In this document: positions 1-9,670 of the stretch, in pieces
How the letters are laid out: each line of letters starts with the position of its first letter
Numbering within the stretch: the stretch's first letter is position 1
Assembly (NCBI GenBank): GCA_965247115.1
Contig: CBDFGR010000003.1
Span: forward strand, 1,696,001 to 1,760,000
DNA length: 64,000 bases
From: Myxococcota bacterium
GTDB lineage: Bacteria; Myxococcota_A; UBA9160; SZUA-336
Reading direction: 5' to 3'
Notes under the pieces: generated by a model
What the model saw: the letters and a program-made list of their open reading frames with translations, nothing else
Database searches by the model: none
What the model was told of the DNA's origin: nothing
Position numbers and translations under genes: made by a program

Positions 1-1210
1 GAGCGGAGCTGGTCGAGTGGATGTCCCAGCTCTCGACGCGGACGAGCTGCTTCTCCGGGGTTTTGAGCACGTCGGCGATGATCAGCGGCAGATCAGCGAT
101 GGTCACGGTGTGTTTCTTGTCTCCGAGCTCCACGACGCGCTCGAGTACGAGGTCGCGCTTTTCCGGCTGGAGCTTGATCCCGAGAACCTTGAGATTCTGG
201 TCGAGCGAAGCCTTGCCAGCCATTTTTCCTAGCGCGTAGTGCCTGCGCCGGCCGAAGCGACGCGGCAGTAGCTTGTTCGCGTATAGCTCGGCCTTCCAGT
301 CCCCATCCGCGTGAATGCCCGCCGTCTGGGTGAATACGTCTCGACCGATCACGGGCGAGTTGTCGGCGATCTGCTTGCCCGAGAAAGTCACCACCATCTG
401 ACTGACCGCTGTGAGCTTGCTCTCGTCGACTCGAGTCGTGGCAGAGGTCAGGTCTCGAAGACATGCGACGATCTCGGCGAGGCGTGTGTTCCCGGCCCGC
501 TCCCCCATTCCGTTCACGCTCGTGTGTATCCCACGAGCACCGGACTCGATGGCGGCGAGGCAGTTCGCGTTTGCGAGCCCGTAGTCGTTGTGGCCGTGAA
601 ACTCGAAGTGCAGGTCTGGCCAGGTTCGCGTCATGAGACCCACGTAGCGTGCGGTCTCCTGGGGCGACTGGGACCCCAGCGTATCCGCCAGGTAGATGCG
701 CTTCACTCCGAGACCAGCCAGGTTCTTGACGTGCCCGAACACGTAGTCGAAACCGTCGCGGACGCCGGATGACCAGTCCTCGAGAAACACGTTGACGAGC
801 AGCTCCCGCTCGCCTGCGTAGCGCACTGTCTCCGCGATCCGTTCGAAGTGCTTCTCCGGGGAGATCCGCAGCTGCTCCTCGCAGTGCCGCTGGGAGCCCT
901 TGGTCAGCAAGTTGATGACCCGCCCACCCATCTTCACGATCCAGTCGACGGACGCTTTTCCATCGACAAAGCCGAGGATCTCGACACGGTCCAAGAGGCG
1001 GGACCTGCGCGCCCAGCTCGTGATGCGCTGGACCGCTTGCGCCTCGCCGTCTGAAACCCTGGCGCTGGCGATCTCGATGCGGTCCACCTTCACGTTGCGG
1101 AGCAGAAGCCGCGCGAGCTGGAGCTTTTCCGAAGGTGTGTAGGCCACGTTCGGCGTCTGCTCGCCGTCCCGCAGCGTGGTGTCCATGATCTGTGTCGCGC
1201 GCTCAGCCAA
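1..1210 (-). CDS. cimA: Citramalate synthase (LeuA/CimA family, Leptospira-like), 3' end beyond the window edge
   Basis: Not in ORF track. Manual translation from TTG 1210: MAERATQIMDTTLRDGEQTPNVAYTPSEKLQLARLLLRNVKVDRIEIASARVS, with the DRE-TIM motifs DTTLRDGEQ, FHGHND and GERAGN. Confidence 0.85.
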   Translation of the reverse strand, partial: MAERATQIMDTTLRDGEQTPNVAYTPSEKLQLARLLLRNVKVDRIEIASARVSDGEAQAVQRITSWARRSRLLDRVEILGFVDGKASVDWIVKMGGRVINLLTKGSQRHCEEQLRISPEKHFERIAETVRYAGERELLVNVFLEDWSSGVRDGFDYVFGHVKNLAGLGVKRIYLADTLGSQSPQETARYVGLMTRTWPDLHFEFHGHNDYGLANANCLAAIESGARGIHTSVNGMGERAGNTRLAEIVACLRDLTSATTRVDESKLTAVSQMVVTFSGKQIADNSPVIGRDVFTQTAGIHADGDWKAELYANKLLPRRFGRRRHYALGKMAGKASLDQNLKVLGIKLQPEKRDLVLERVVELGDKKHTVTIADLPLIIADVLKTPEKQLVRVESWDIHSTSSA

Positions 1211-1335
1211 CAGCGCCCCCGATCGTCCTGCAGGAGCTGGATCCTGCGAAATTGGGGTGACCCGCCACACTAGGGGTCAACCCAGCGATGTCAACTTGCA
1301 GAGAGCCGAGAAGCCCAGCGGCTGCCCCCGCCTTC

Positions 1336-2250
1336 CTAGGTAGGAAGCGAGTCGGGCTCACCTTCTTTCGCGGTGCGCTCGTCCGCGACGCGCTTCGCTT
1401 CGAGCAAAGTGGGAACCACCTGGTCGAGCTCTTCCAGCGTCCACAGATGATCCGTCTTGAAGGATCGGATCACGGCGGGCTGCTGCATGATCCCGACCTG
1501 ACCACCCGACACGTGAATGATCTGACCGGTCACGTCCTGGGCAGCAGGCGACGCCAGCCAGGTCACGACGGGCGCGATCTGCTGGGGGCCGACGAGCGGG
1601 TCATCGGGGTTTACCTCGGCGCCGCGACCCTCCATCAGAGCGATGGTCATGCGGGTGGCAGCGCCGGGCGAGATGGTGTTGACGGTGCACTGGTACTTCT
1701 GGAGCTCTAGCGCGAGAACGCGAGTGAAGCCCGCGATCCCCGCCTTGGCGGCAGCGTAGTTCGCCTGTCCGAAGTTGCCGTACAGCCCGGAGACCGAAGA
1801 GAAGTTGATGATCCGACAGCCGGGACGGTTCGTCTCGCGGATGAAGCGCGCAAACGGGGCGGAGCAGCAGAAGTGCCCCTTCAAGTGGACGGCGATGACG
1901 GCGTCCCACTCCGCCTCCGTCATCTTGAAGATCGTCTTGTCACGCAGGATGCCCGCGTTGTTGACCAGGATGTCGCAGCCGTCGAAGTTGTCGATCGCAG
2001 TCTGAAAGAGCGCCTGGCCACCCTCGACAGTGGCGACGGTGTCGTAGTTCGCGACGGCGGTGCCACCGGCGGCTTCGATCTCGGCAACGACTTCGTCAGC
2101 GACGCGTCCCCCACCGGTTCCGTCCACGTCGCCACCGAGGTCGTTGACGATCACGCTCGCCCCCTCGCTGGCGAAGTAGAGCGCCATCTCCCTGCCGATT
2201 CCTCGGCCGGACCCGGTAACGATCGCAATCTTTCCGTCGAGTACGCCCAT
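1336..2250 (-). CDS. SDR-family NAD(P)-dependent oxidoreductase
   Basis: TGSGRGIG, NNAGILRD and YAAAK motifs. Confidence 0.92.
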   Translation of the reverse strand: MGVLDGKIAIVTGSGRGIGREMALYFASEGASVIVNDLGGDVDGTGGGRVADEVVAEIEAAGGTAVANYDTVATVEGGQALFQTAIDNFDGCDILVNNAGILRDKTIFKMTEAEWDAVIAVHLKGHFCCSAPFARFIRETNRPGCRIINFSSVSGLYGNFGQANYAAAKAGIAGFTRVLALELQKYQCTVNTISPGAATRMTIALMEGRGAEVNPDDPLVGPQQIAPVVTWLASPAAQDVTGQIIHVSGGQVGIMQQPAVIRSFKTDHLWTLEELDQVVPTLLEAKRVADERTAKEGEPDSLPT

Positions 2251-2296
2251 GCTGTCCTCCTGGCGAAAGAGGACCGATTGTACCCGAACGGGACTC

Positions 2297-2776
2297 CTAT
2301 CTGTCGGAGCCGGGTCGGCGCCCCTGCCGCGGGTTCTGCGACCTCCCTCTATCGTCGCCGAGAAACCGCTTGATGCGCCGGCGCTGCTCGTCCGGGAGTC
2401 GTTGCCAGCGGCGGTACTGGTCGGTCAGGTCGCGACGCTGCCCCGGTGAGAGCTGACGCCAGCGCTGGAAGTTCTGGTGCAGCCGCTTGCGGCGCTCGGG
2501 TGTGAGCTCCTTCCACTGGCGATAGCTCTGGCGCATCTGCTTGCGCTTCTCGGCGGGGAGACTGCGGAAGCGTTCCATGCGTCGGCGCAGCTCCTGGCGC
2601 TGCTCCGGAGTCGCCTCCTGCAGCTGGCGGTAGCGCCGGCGCAGCTCGTCTCGCTCGTCGGCAGTGAGGCTGTTCCAGAGCTCCACCTTCGCTTCCTGCT
2701 CCGAATCCGCGGCGTAGGCCCGACTCGGGCCCGCTGCCAGGAAAAGCAGACACAGCAGTGCGACGAGGCGCGTCAT
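2297..2776 (-). CDS. Exported DUF3106-like basic helical-repeat protein
   Basis: Signal peptide from ATG 2776; repeats such as WKELTPERRKRL and WRQLSPGQRRDL; lies in the ECF operon. Confidence 0.75.
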   Translation of the reverse strand: MTRLVALLCLLFLAAGPSRAYAADSEQEAKVELWNSLTADERDELRRRYRQLQEATPEQRQELRRRMERFRSLPAEKRKQMRQSYRQWKELTPERRKRLHQNFQRWRQLSPGQRRDLTDQYRRWQRLPDEQRRRIKRFLGDDRGRSQNPRQGRRPGSDR

Positions 2777-3015
2777 GGAGCCTCGCCCCCATCCAGGTCG
2801 GAGGTCGGGATCGGCAGGTTCTCGCCCGGATCCCAGCTCTCGAGCATCTCCAGCTGAATCAGCAGCTCGAGCGCGTCGAGAATCGCGAGGTCCTCCTCGG
2901 AGAGCTCCGTCGCGCTTGTCGGCTCCGTTGCCGCCTCGTCCGCGGATGCGGGCATCGCAGCCAGCAGGCCGAGCACGGCCAGCGGAAGGCTCAGATGTCC
3001 TCGCTTCCATCCCAT
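2773..3015 (-). CDS. Small exported acidic protein (80 aa)
   Basis: MGWKRGHLSLPLAVLGLLAAMPASA signal peptide, then an acidic Leu-rich segment; stop overlaps the next start (ATGA). Confidence 0.65.
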   Translation of the reverse strand: MGWKRGHLSLPLAVLGLLAAMPASADEAATEPTSATELSEEDLAILDALELLIQLEMLESWDPGENLPIPTSDLDGGEAP

Positions 3016-3464
3016 ACCTCGAGTATCTCCAGTAGGTCGAGCAGCTCGAGATCTCCCTCCTGGAAGAGCTCGTAGTTCTCCGCGTCTACGACGATGGGCC
3101 AGTCCGGATCGGGATCCGTCGGTGTGCGAACCAGCAGGGCGATCGCCGCAGCCACGGCCGCTGCACTGCCCAGTCCGAGCGCGACACGAGATCCTGTCAG
3201 CCACTCTGGCAACCCCGCGAGCCAGCGTGGGCGGGATTCGCCCTCGCTGGCGAGCCTGGCCCAGAAGCGGACTGTGAACTCGGGAGAGGGCTCCAGCTGG
3301 GGCAGCGAGGCCAGTACTTCGCTCAGCTGTCGCTGCCGCTGGAGCTCCTGGCTGCAGCCCCCGCACGTTGCGAGATGGCTTTCGAGTGCGGTGCGCAGCG
3401 CCGACTCCAGCTCATGGTCGAGGTAGGCAACCAGATCCTCTCGGTGGTTGCTGCAGGGCGTCAC
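2991..3464 (-). CDS. Anti-sigma factor, zf-HC2 type, single TM
   Basis: C..HLATCGGC zinc motif, TM helix, coupled to the ECF sigma gene. Confidence 0.88.
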   Translation of the reverse strand: MTPCSNHREDLVAYLDHELESALRTALESHLATCGGCSQELQRQRQLSEVLASLPQLEPSPEFTVRFWARLASEGESRPRWLAGLPEWLTGSRVALGLGSAAAVAAAIALLVRTPTDPDPDWPIVVDAENYELFQEGDLELLDLLEILEVWDGSEDI

Positions 3465-4012
3465 TCTGGAATCTCCTTCAACTCGGACAGCAGGTTCTCG
3501 CGCGCCCGGTGAAGCAGGCTCTTCACGCCGGAGACGCTTGCTCCCATGACCTCGCCGATCTCCTGGTAGTCGAGCCCCTGCTCGGAGCGCAGCAGGAGTG
3601 CCGAGCGTTGCCGGTCCGGAAGCTTCGAGAGCGCGGCCTCCAGCGCTTCCCCGAGCTGGCGCGCCGCGATCCTGTCTTCTGCATCCGGCAGCGTGTCCCT
3701 GGGCTCGGGCACGCTGCCCGGGACGAACGGACGCTCTCGCTTGCGGTAGGCCCGGTCGAGGTCGTTCAGGGCCAGGTTGTGCGCGATGCCAAACACCCAG
3801 GTCGAGAACTTCGCCCTCGGCTCGTAGCGTTCGACCGCTGTGTACACACGTACGAACACGTCCTGTGTGAGCTCCTCGGCGCGCTCCCGGTCACGAACCA
3901 TGCGAGCGAGAAAGTTCAACAAGCGCGGGGTGTAGCGCTCAAAAAGGTCCTCGAAGGCCCTTCGGTCTCCCGCCTTGAACGCGAGCATCTGCTGCGCGTC
4001 ATCGTCGATCAT
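3461..4012 (-). CDS. ECF sigma-70 factor
   Basis: AEELTQDVF, FSTWVFGIAHN and region-4 GVKSLLHRAR. Confidence 0.93.
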   Translation of the reverse strand: MIDDDAQQMLAFKAGDRRAFEDLFERYTPRLLNFLARMVRDRERAEELTQDVFVRVYTAVERYEPRAKFSTWVFGIAHNLALNDLDRAYRKRERPFVPGSVPEPRDTLPDAEDRIAARQLGEALEAALSKLPDRQRSALLLRSEQGLDYQEIGEVMGASVSGVKSLLHRARENLLSELKEIPE

Positions 4013-4085
4013 TCAGCGCTGCCTGCGTCGACCCCTCGCTCCAGGTGGAACCGGCGGGGCGCCCTTTGGTTGCGGGGTCACCGTC

Positions 4086-4505
4086 TCAGGCTCCCCCTCG
4101 CTCGAGCCTGGCCCGTAGCGCCTGGCTCATCCGATCGATCTGAATGCGCAGGGGACCGCGGATCGTCAGCTCTGGGACGAGGGTCCGTGTGCGTCCCTGC
4201 ATGCGCAGCTGCACTCGGGTGAGCTCCGTCGCCAGGTTCTCCAGCCGGACCTCGCCAGCCAGAGAACGCCAGATGTTGCCATCACAGATCTTCTGGAAGC
4301 GCAGGCCCTCCGCGTGTCTCGTGAACTGGAAGCGCACGTCTCTGGACTGTCCGAGCGGAGCGGCGGTGCGGGTCTCGCGTGTCCCGTCCGCCCTGGGAGT
4401 CACACTGGTCCCGGGCAGGAGACATTCGATCGTTGCATCGTCGTCGAGTAGCGACGCGACTTCAGACAGTGGCCGGTGGACGTCGAACTCCCTCTCGAAG
4501 TGCAT
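4086..4505 (-). CDS. SRPBCC/CoxG-like protein
   Basis: Size and N-terminal pattern FEREFDVHRPLSEV...CLLPG; strong RBS. Confidence 0.55.
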   Translation of the reverse strand: MHFEREFDVHRPLSEVASLLDDDATIECLLPGTSVTPRADGTRETRTAAPLGQSRDVRFQFTRHAEGLRFQKICDGNIWRSLAGEVRLENLATELTRVQLRMQGRTRTLVPELTIRGPLRIQIDRMSQALRARLERGGA

Positions 4506-4570
4506 CCGCCCCCTCCTCTCGAGCCAGCATAGCAGCCGGGAGTCCGAGGTCCGACTGTTATACTCGCCGC

Positions 4571-6070
4571 TTGTCGCGCCTCTCTGCCGTGTTGCTGCTC
4601 GTCTTCCTTCCGCCCTTTGCGCTCGGGGCGGACCCGTTCCAGGTGGAGCTCTTCGCGACGGAGGGACGCACGGTAAGCGCGGAGATCGCGGACCTGAACG
4701 GGAACGGGCGCGGCGACCTGATGCAGATCGTGTTCGTCGGGTTCCCGCCGGAGGAACGCCGCAGCATCCGCGTGTTCCTGCAGCGCCCCGATGGGAGCTT
4801 CGAGCCTACGCCGAGCTTCGAGCGGCCGCTTCCCGCCGGGAGTGCCGCCTATGATCTCGTCGATCTCGACTCCGAGCCGGGCGTCGAGATCCTCCTGCTG
4901 CGTTCGCGGGGGATCCTGGCGTTTTCTCTGGCCGAACCCAACTCCTCGCAGCGAGAATTCGCGGTGCCCGATGGCGAGACGATCGGGGCCGTCGAGGACG
5001 AGCGTGGTGTCGACCGCCTCAGGCTCGCCTGGCCCGAACTCGGGTCGCCCCCGTGGCTGATCGTCCCACAGCTGAGCTCCGTGACCGTCCTGTCTCCGGA
5101 TGGGGAGCTGAGGGGTCAGCCGCGCGTCGGGGCGCGCGCCAACTACTTTGTGACGCCGCGCCCGGGACCGCTCCTGGTCGAGAGCGACATCCAGCTGTTT
5201 CTCGACGTGCCGAAGCTCTCGGTCGGAGACGTCGACGGGGATGGCGTGTCGGATCTGATCGCCTCGGCCAGGCACGAGGTGCGCGTGTTTCTGCGCCGCG
5301 ACGACGGGGGCTTCCGGACTCTGGCGGATCGCTCGCTTCCACTGGCCCGTGTCTCTGCGCTCGATCACGTGCGGGGTAATGGCGCCGTGCGCGTGGCGGC
5401 CTCGGACCTGAATGGCGACGACCAGCTCGATCTGCTGATCTCGCACCTGAGCGGCAGCGTGTTCGACGCGGCCTTTCGGACCTCGGTCCACCTCAACCGG
5501 GCAGGGGTGTGGAATCTGGAGGAGCCCGACCAGGTGTTCGAGACGGAGGGCTGGGGGACAGACGAGCTCGTAGACCTGGACGGCGACGGCAAGCTGGAGC
5601 TCGTGCGCGTGCGACTGGACCTCAGCGTGCTGGAGATTATCGAGGCTCTCGTGACACGCTCGCTCGACGCGCGGGTCGAGATTTACCGGTCCGGCGCGGA
5701 GTCCGGCTTCGCCACCGAGCCTGCGATGAAGCGCAAGCTCGACCTGGCCCTCGACTTCGAGAGCGGGCGGGCGCGGGGCTTCGTTCCGAATGTGCGCGCG
5801 GACCTGAACGGAGATGGCTATCGCGACCTGCTCAATTCGGGCGCAGGGAAGCGCGTGGAGGTGTTCCTCGGCGGCTCGCGTGATCCGTACTCGCGGCGCG
5901 CTGCGCGGCAATCGTTCGCAACGAACGGCCGAATCCGCTTCGGAGACCTGGAAGGGGACGGGATGGCCGACTTCGTGCTCTACGATCAGCGAGACCAGGA
6001 CGGGCCGCTGCGCCTGGTCCGGAACCTGGGCGTGTTGCCCGGCTCCGTTCAGCGGACCTCCACCCAGTAG
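4571..6070 (+). CDS. Exported FG-GAP/VCBS repeat beta-propeller protein
   Basis: Signal peptide; repeated DLNGNGRGD, DVDGDGVSD, DLNGDDQLD, DLDGDGKLE, DLNGDGYRD; start uncertain (TTG 4571). Confidence 0.8.
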   Translation: MSRLSAVLLLVFLPPFALGADPFQVELFATEGRTVSAEIADLNGNGRGDLMQIVFVGFPPEERRSIRVFLQRPDGSFEPTPSFERPLPAGSAAYDLVDLDSEPGVEILLLRSRGILAFSLAEPNSSQREFAVPDGETIGAVEDERGVDRLRLAWPELGSPPWLIVPQLSSVTVLSPDGELRGQPRVGARANYFVTPRPGPLLVESDIQLFLDVPKLSVGDVDGDGVSDLIASARHEVRVFLRRDDGGFRTLADRSLPLARVSALDHVRGNGAVRVAASDLNGDDQLDLLISHLSGSVFDAAFRTSVHLNRAGVWNLEEPDQVFETEGWGTDELVDLDGDGKLELVRVRLDLSVLEIIEALVTRSLDARVEIYRSGAESGFATEPAMKRKLDLALDFESGRARGFVPNVRADLNGDGYRDLLNSGAGKRVEVFLGGSRDPYSRRAARQSFATNGRIRFGDLEGDGMADFVLYDQRDQDGPLRLVRNLGVLPGSVQRTSTQ

Positions 6071-7749
6071 GGCGGCAGTAGCAGGAGATCGCTTCCGAGG
6101 CGAAGCCAGTCCCAGGTCATGACCTCTGGCAGACGCACGGGGAAGAGCTTGCCGCGCAGCCAGCTGGGAAGCTCGCCGCGGAGCAGCTGCCGAACCTGAT
6201 CGCTCGTCGAGCGTGGGCCAGGAAAGAGAACCCGCTGCGGGTCGACGTCGGCAGGGATGTTCGCCTCTCGCTTGGCGCGCTGCACGGCCGCCCACAGTCC
6301 GCCAAGCTCATCGACGAGCCCGTTCTCGAGCGCGGCGGCGCCCAGCCACACGTGACCTTGGCCGACCTTGTCCACGTCTTGCGCCTGCAGGCCCCGACCC
6401 TCCGCGACGCGCTCCAGGAACTCCGCGTACAGGGTCCGGATCCAATCCGACGTGCGCGCGCGTTGCACGGGAGTCAGCGGCTTGTCGCTACCGGTGATGC
6501 CGGCCAGTGGGCCGCGCGAGATCACCTCGGTCCCAATCTCGAGCTTCTCGTAGAGACCGGAGAACGCGGGTCGGAGGAAATAAATCCCGATCGATCCGGT
6601 AAACGTTGCTGGCTCTGCCAGGATGGCGTCCGCTCCACTCGCGACGTAGTACCCGCCAGAGGCCGCGACCTCTGCCATGGAGACGACGACCGGCTTCCTC
6701 TCTCTCGCGCTCCGGATGGCTCGCCACAGCTGCTCGCTCGCAAGCGACGACCCGCCGGGCGAGTTCACGCGCAGCACAATGGCCCGGACCGCCTCGTCCT
6801 CCGCGGCCTGCTCGATCGCGGCGCCGATCTCGTCGGCCCGCCAGCTCCGGGTCAGCGGGGACCCGCCCGATTGGATGATTGTGCCTTCGCCGAAGATCAG
6901 CGCGATCTGCGGGCCGCTGCGCAGGCCGAGGCGATTCGGGGGGACGCGGAGGTAGTCGGCCCCGGAAATCTCCTCGGACTGCTCGAAGCCCGCCGACTCG
7001 AGCACCTCGTCACGCCCAGCGATGCCATCCGCGAGACCCGCCTGCAGGTACTCCTGGCTCGTCGCTGGCGCCTCGTCGATCAGCGCGACGACGGCCGACG
7101 CTGTGAGGTTCCTGCCCTTGGCGATCCCCGAGGTGATCTGTGCGAAGAGGCCGTCGAAGAGCTCGTTTGTCATCTGCCGGGCGGGCTCACTCATCTCGCT
7201 GGCGGCGAACGTCTCGACCGCTGACTTGTAGTCACCGATGCGGACATATTCGTATCGAACCCCGATCTTCTCGAAGAGCGAGCCGAGGAAGATCGCCTGA
7301 CCGGCGATCCCCGCGAGCGGACCGAGGAACCCCGGCACGACGAAGACCTGGTCGGCGGCCGAGGCCAGGTACAGCTCGCGCGTGGCGTTGAAGTCGGCCA
7401 GGTCGAGGAGCGCGACCACCTGCTTTTTCGCGCTACGAATCCTGAGGACCGCGTCGCGTAGCTCCTGGATGCGCGCGTAGCCGACGTCGAGCGAGCGGAT
7501 GTGGAGCAAGACTGCTGAGATACGCTCGTCGGCGCCGGCCATCTCGAGCAAGAGCAGCATCGTCGGGAGGGCGGGCCCGCGGGCGGTCAGTCGGCTCAAC
7601 GTGTCGACCGGTGGAGCCTCCGCGAGCTGGCCAGCGAGCTCCACCACCAGCACGCTTCCTTCCGGGATGCGCGGGCCGGACTGCCACAGTGCCATTCCGA
7701 TGGCCGCCACCACGACGACCGCGACGCCGCCACCGATGAGCCGCTTCAT
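6049..7749 (-). CDS. sppA: Signal peptide peptidase SppA (long form)
   Basis: GDYKSAVE, RVNSPGGS, AASGGYY, TGSIG; two S49 domains. Confidence 0.93.
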   Translation of the reverse strand: MKRLIGGGVAVVVVAAIGMALWQSGPRIPEGSVLVVELAGQLAEAPPVDTLSRLTARGPALPTMLLLLEMAGADERISAVLLHIRSLDVGYARIQELRDAVLRIRSAKKQVVALLDLADFNATRELYLASAADQVFVVPGFLGPLAGIAGQAIFLGSLFEKIGVRYEYVRIGDYKSAVETFAASEMSEPARQMTNELFDGLFAQITSGIAKGRNLTASAVVALIDEAPATSQEYLQAGLADGIAGRDEVLESAGFEQSEEISGADYLRVPPNRLGLRSGPQIALIFGEGTIIQSGGSPLTRSWRADEIGAAIEQAAEDEAVRAIVLRVNSPGGSSLASEQLWRAIRSARERKPVVVSMAEVAASGGYYVASGADAILAEPATFTGSIGIYFLRPAFSGLYEKLEIGTEVISRGPLAGITGSDKPLTPVQRARTSDWIRTLYAEFLERVAEGRGLQAQDVDKVGQGHVWLGAAALENGLVDELGGLWAAVQRAKREANIPADVDPQRVLFPGPRSTSDQVRQLLRGELPSWLRGKLFPVRLPEVMTWDWLRLGSDLLLLPPYWVEVR

Positions 7750-7767
7750 GAACTCCCCTCCGTTATC

Positions 7768-7813
7768 TGTGGGACCCGGGCCGCGGGCGGCCGCGGCCCA
7801 CCAACCTACGCTC
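7768..7813 (+). repeat. Partial copy of REP-like element A
   Basis: TGTGGGACCC + GGGCCGCGG-GCGG-CCGCGGCCC hairpin + ACCTACGCTC. Confidence 0.8.
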
Positions 7814-7859
7814 CGATGGTATACGCGCGCTTCCGGGGGCTCCAGCCTTGCGCGCCTGC

Positions 7860-8705
7860 CTACGGGATCACCTTCTGCCGGTTCAGCTCCTGCCGCATCC
7901 GGTAGGCGTCATCGGTCAATAGTGTGATCGAGACCCTGCGGTTGCGACTGTCCTCCGGGTCCAGCGGATTGTAGGGCATGCGGTCGGAGTACCCGCGCAC
8001 CTCGAGGAAGCGGCTCTCGTGGATGCCTCCAGCCTCGAAGCCGCGCCGCGCCCGGTTGCTGCGTCCGGTGGAGAGCTCCCAGTTGCTCTGCGCGGAGCTC
8101 GCACCAAAGCCGCGGCCGTCCGTGTGTCCCTCGACCACGACGTAGTTCGGCAGCCGGCTGAGCTCCTTGCCGAGCTCCTGGAGCAGCGTCACCGCCTCGC
8201 TGTGGAGCTCGACACCACCGAGCTCGAACAGCGGCGTTTCCTTGTCCTCGACCAGACTGATCTTCAGCCCCTCGGGTGTCAGGGAGATCTCGATCTGGTC
8301 GCGGTATTTGCTCAAGCTCTCGATGCTGGCGAGCGACTCGCGAATTCGCTCCGCCTGCTCGCGCCAGTACTCCTCCATGCGCCGCGCCCGCTCGCTCTCG
8401 TCCAGGAGCATCTGGTTGCGCTGCTGGTCCTCGAAGATCGCGGTCTCGCCGGAGTTCGTTCCGCTCTCGATCGGCTTCGCCGTGCCTCCCTCGGTGAAGC
8501 CGATGGGATCCTTGAAGTAAGAGGCGACGTTCGCGACGACGTCGTCGCCCGCTCCCAGGATCCAGAGCACGATGAAGAAGGCCATCATGGCCGTCACGAG
8601 GTCGGCATAGGCCACCTTCCAGTTGCCGCCGTGATGTGCGCTGTGGCCCCCGGAGACCCGCTTGATGATGATCGGGGGGTGTCCCCCGTCGAGGTCTTCC
8701 GACAC
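7860..8705 (-). CDS. motB: Flagellar-type stator protein MotB
   Basis: WKVAYADLVTAMMAFF TM with the conserved Asp; OmpA-like domain GHTD...NWELS...RNRRV. Confidence 0.93.
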   Translation of the reverse strand: MSEDLDGGHPPIIIKRVSGGHSAHHGGNWKVAYADLVTAMMAFFIVLWILGAGDDVVANVASYFKDPIGFTEGGTAKPIESGTNSGETAIFEDQQRNQMLLDESERARRMEEYWREQAERIRESLASIESLSKYRDQIEISLTPEGLKISLVEDKETPLFELGGVELHSEAVTLLQELGKELSRLPNYVVVEGHTDGRGFGASSAQSNWELSTGRSNRARRGFEAGGIHESRFLEVRGYSDRMPYNPLDPEDSRNRRVSITLLTDDAYRMRQELNRQKVIP

Positions 8706-8711
8706 CGGGGG

Positions 8712-9572
8712 CTAGCCTTTCTTTACCTCGCGGAGTGCCTCCTCGAGCTCCTCGAAGGAGGGGCGATCCGCGCTGGGAATGCTGCGCCTCCCGATCTCCA
8801 CGGCCATGGGCGGGTTGACGCCAGAGATGGAGGCGAAGAGAACGTGCCGGATGCACGTGTAGTAGTGCTCGTTGGACCTGACGTTGCTCGCCATCGCGGA
8901 CGCGAACGGTCCGGCGAACCCGTAGGCGAGGAAGACCCCCAGGAACGTACCGACGAGGGCGCCGGCCACCTTCATGCCGACGATCGCTGCGCCCTGGTCG
9001 ATCGCTTGCATCGTCAGGATGATGCCGAGCACCGCGGCGACGATCCCCAGCGCGGGGAGGGCGTCGGCGAGTGTCTGAACTGCCTGTGAGGGCTCGAGTG
9101 CCTCGTGGTGCAGAACTTCGAGGTCCCGCTCCATCAGCTCATCCATCGGGTGTGGCTCCAGCACACCCGCGACGAAGAGCTTGAGCGTGTCGCAGAAGAA
9201 CGCCACCGCGTGCTCGTCCTTCGCGAAGGACGTGTACTTGGAGATGATCGTCGACTGCTGCGGGTCGTTTACGTGCCCCTCGAGTGCCAGTACGCCCTCT
9301 CTCCGTGCGAGCTGCATGAGCTCGTAGATCATCTGCAGCATCTCGACGTACTGCATGCGGGTCTTTCCACCGAGCCGTGTCAGCTTGACGAGGTCTTTCA
9401 GGATTCCGCGCAAGACGCGGGGCGGGTTCGCGATGATCAGCGTTCCGATGGACATGCCACCGATGATCAGGTACTCCGACGGCACGTAGAGCAGGATCAG
9501 CTTTCCGTGATGGAGCAGAAAGCCACTTATCATGCACCCGATGACGAGAACGATCCCGATGATGAGCTTCAA
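8712..9572 (-). CDS. motA: Flagellar-type stator protein MotA
   Basis: ARREGVLALE, PALGIVAAVLG, ALVGTFLG, VEIGR; TTG start at 9572 with GGAGG RBS (ATG 9620 is the alternative). Confidence 0.93.
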   Translation of the reverse strand: MKLIIGIVLVIGCMISGFLLHHGKLILLYVPSEYLIIGGMSIGTLIIANPPRVLRGILKDLVKLTRLGGKTRMQYVEMLQMIYELMQLARREGVLALEGHVNDPQQSTIISKYTSFAKDEHAVAFFCDTLKLFVAGVLEPHPMDELMERDLEVLHHEALEPSQAVQTLADALPALGIVAAVLGIILTMQAIDQGAAIVGMKVAGALVGTFLGVFLAYGFAGPFASAMASNVRSNEHYYTCIRHVLFASISGVNPPMAVEIGRRSIPSADRPSFEELEEALREVKKG

Positions 9573-9670
9573 GAGAAGCGCCTCCGGCGAGAGACTCGCA
9601 AGCTGCCTCGTAGAGGCCATCGGATAAACGCGCCTCTTTCTTGCACTACATGCGGGATCCGGGGCCGCGC

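Noticed and set aside
1250..1285. GGGGTGACCC / GGGGTCAACCC pair upstream of cimA as an attenuator or operator
   Set aside because: Short and GC-rich, no leader peptide, could be chance
7860..9620. Zorya defence system
   Set aside because: Ordinary-length MotA and no zorC/D/E
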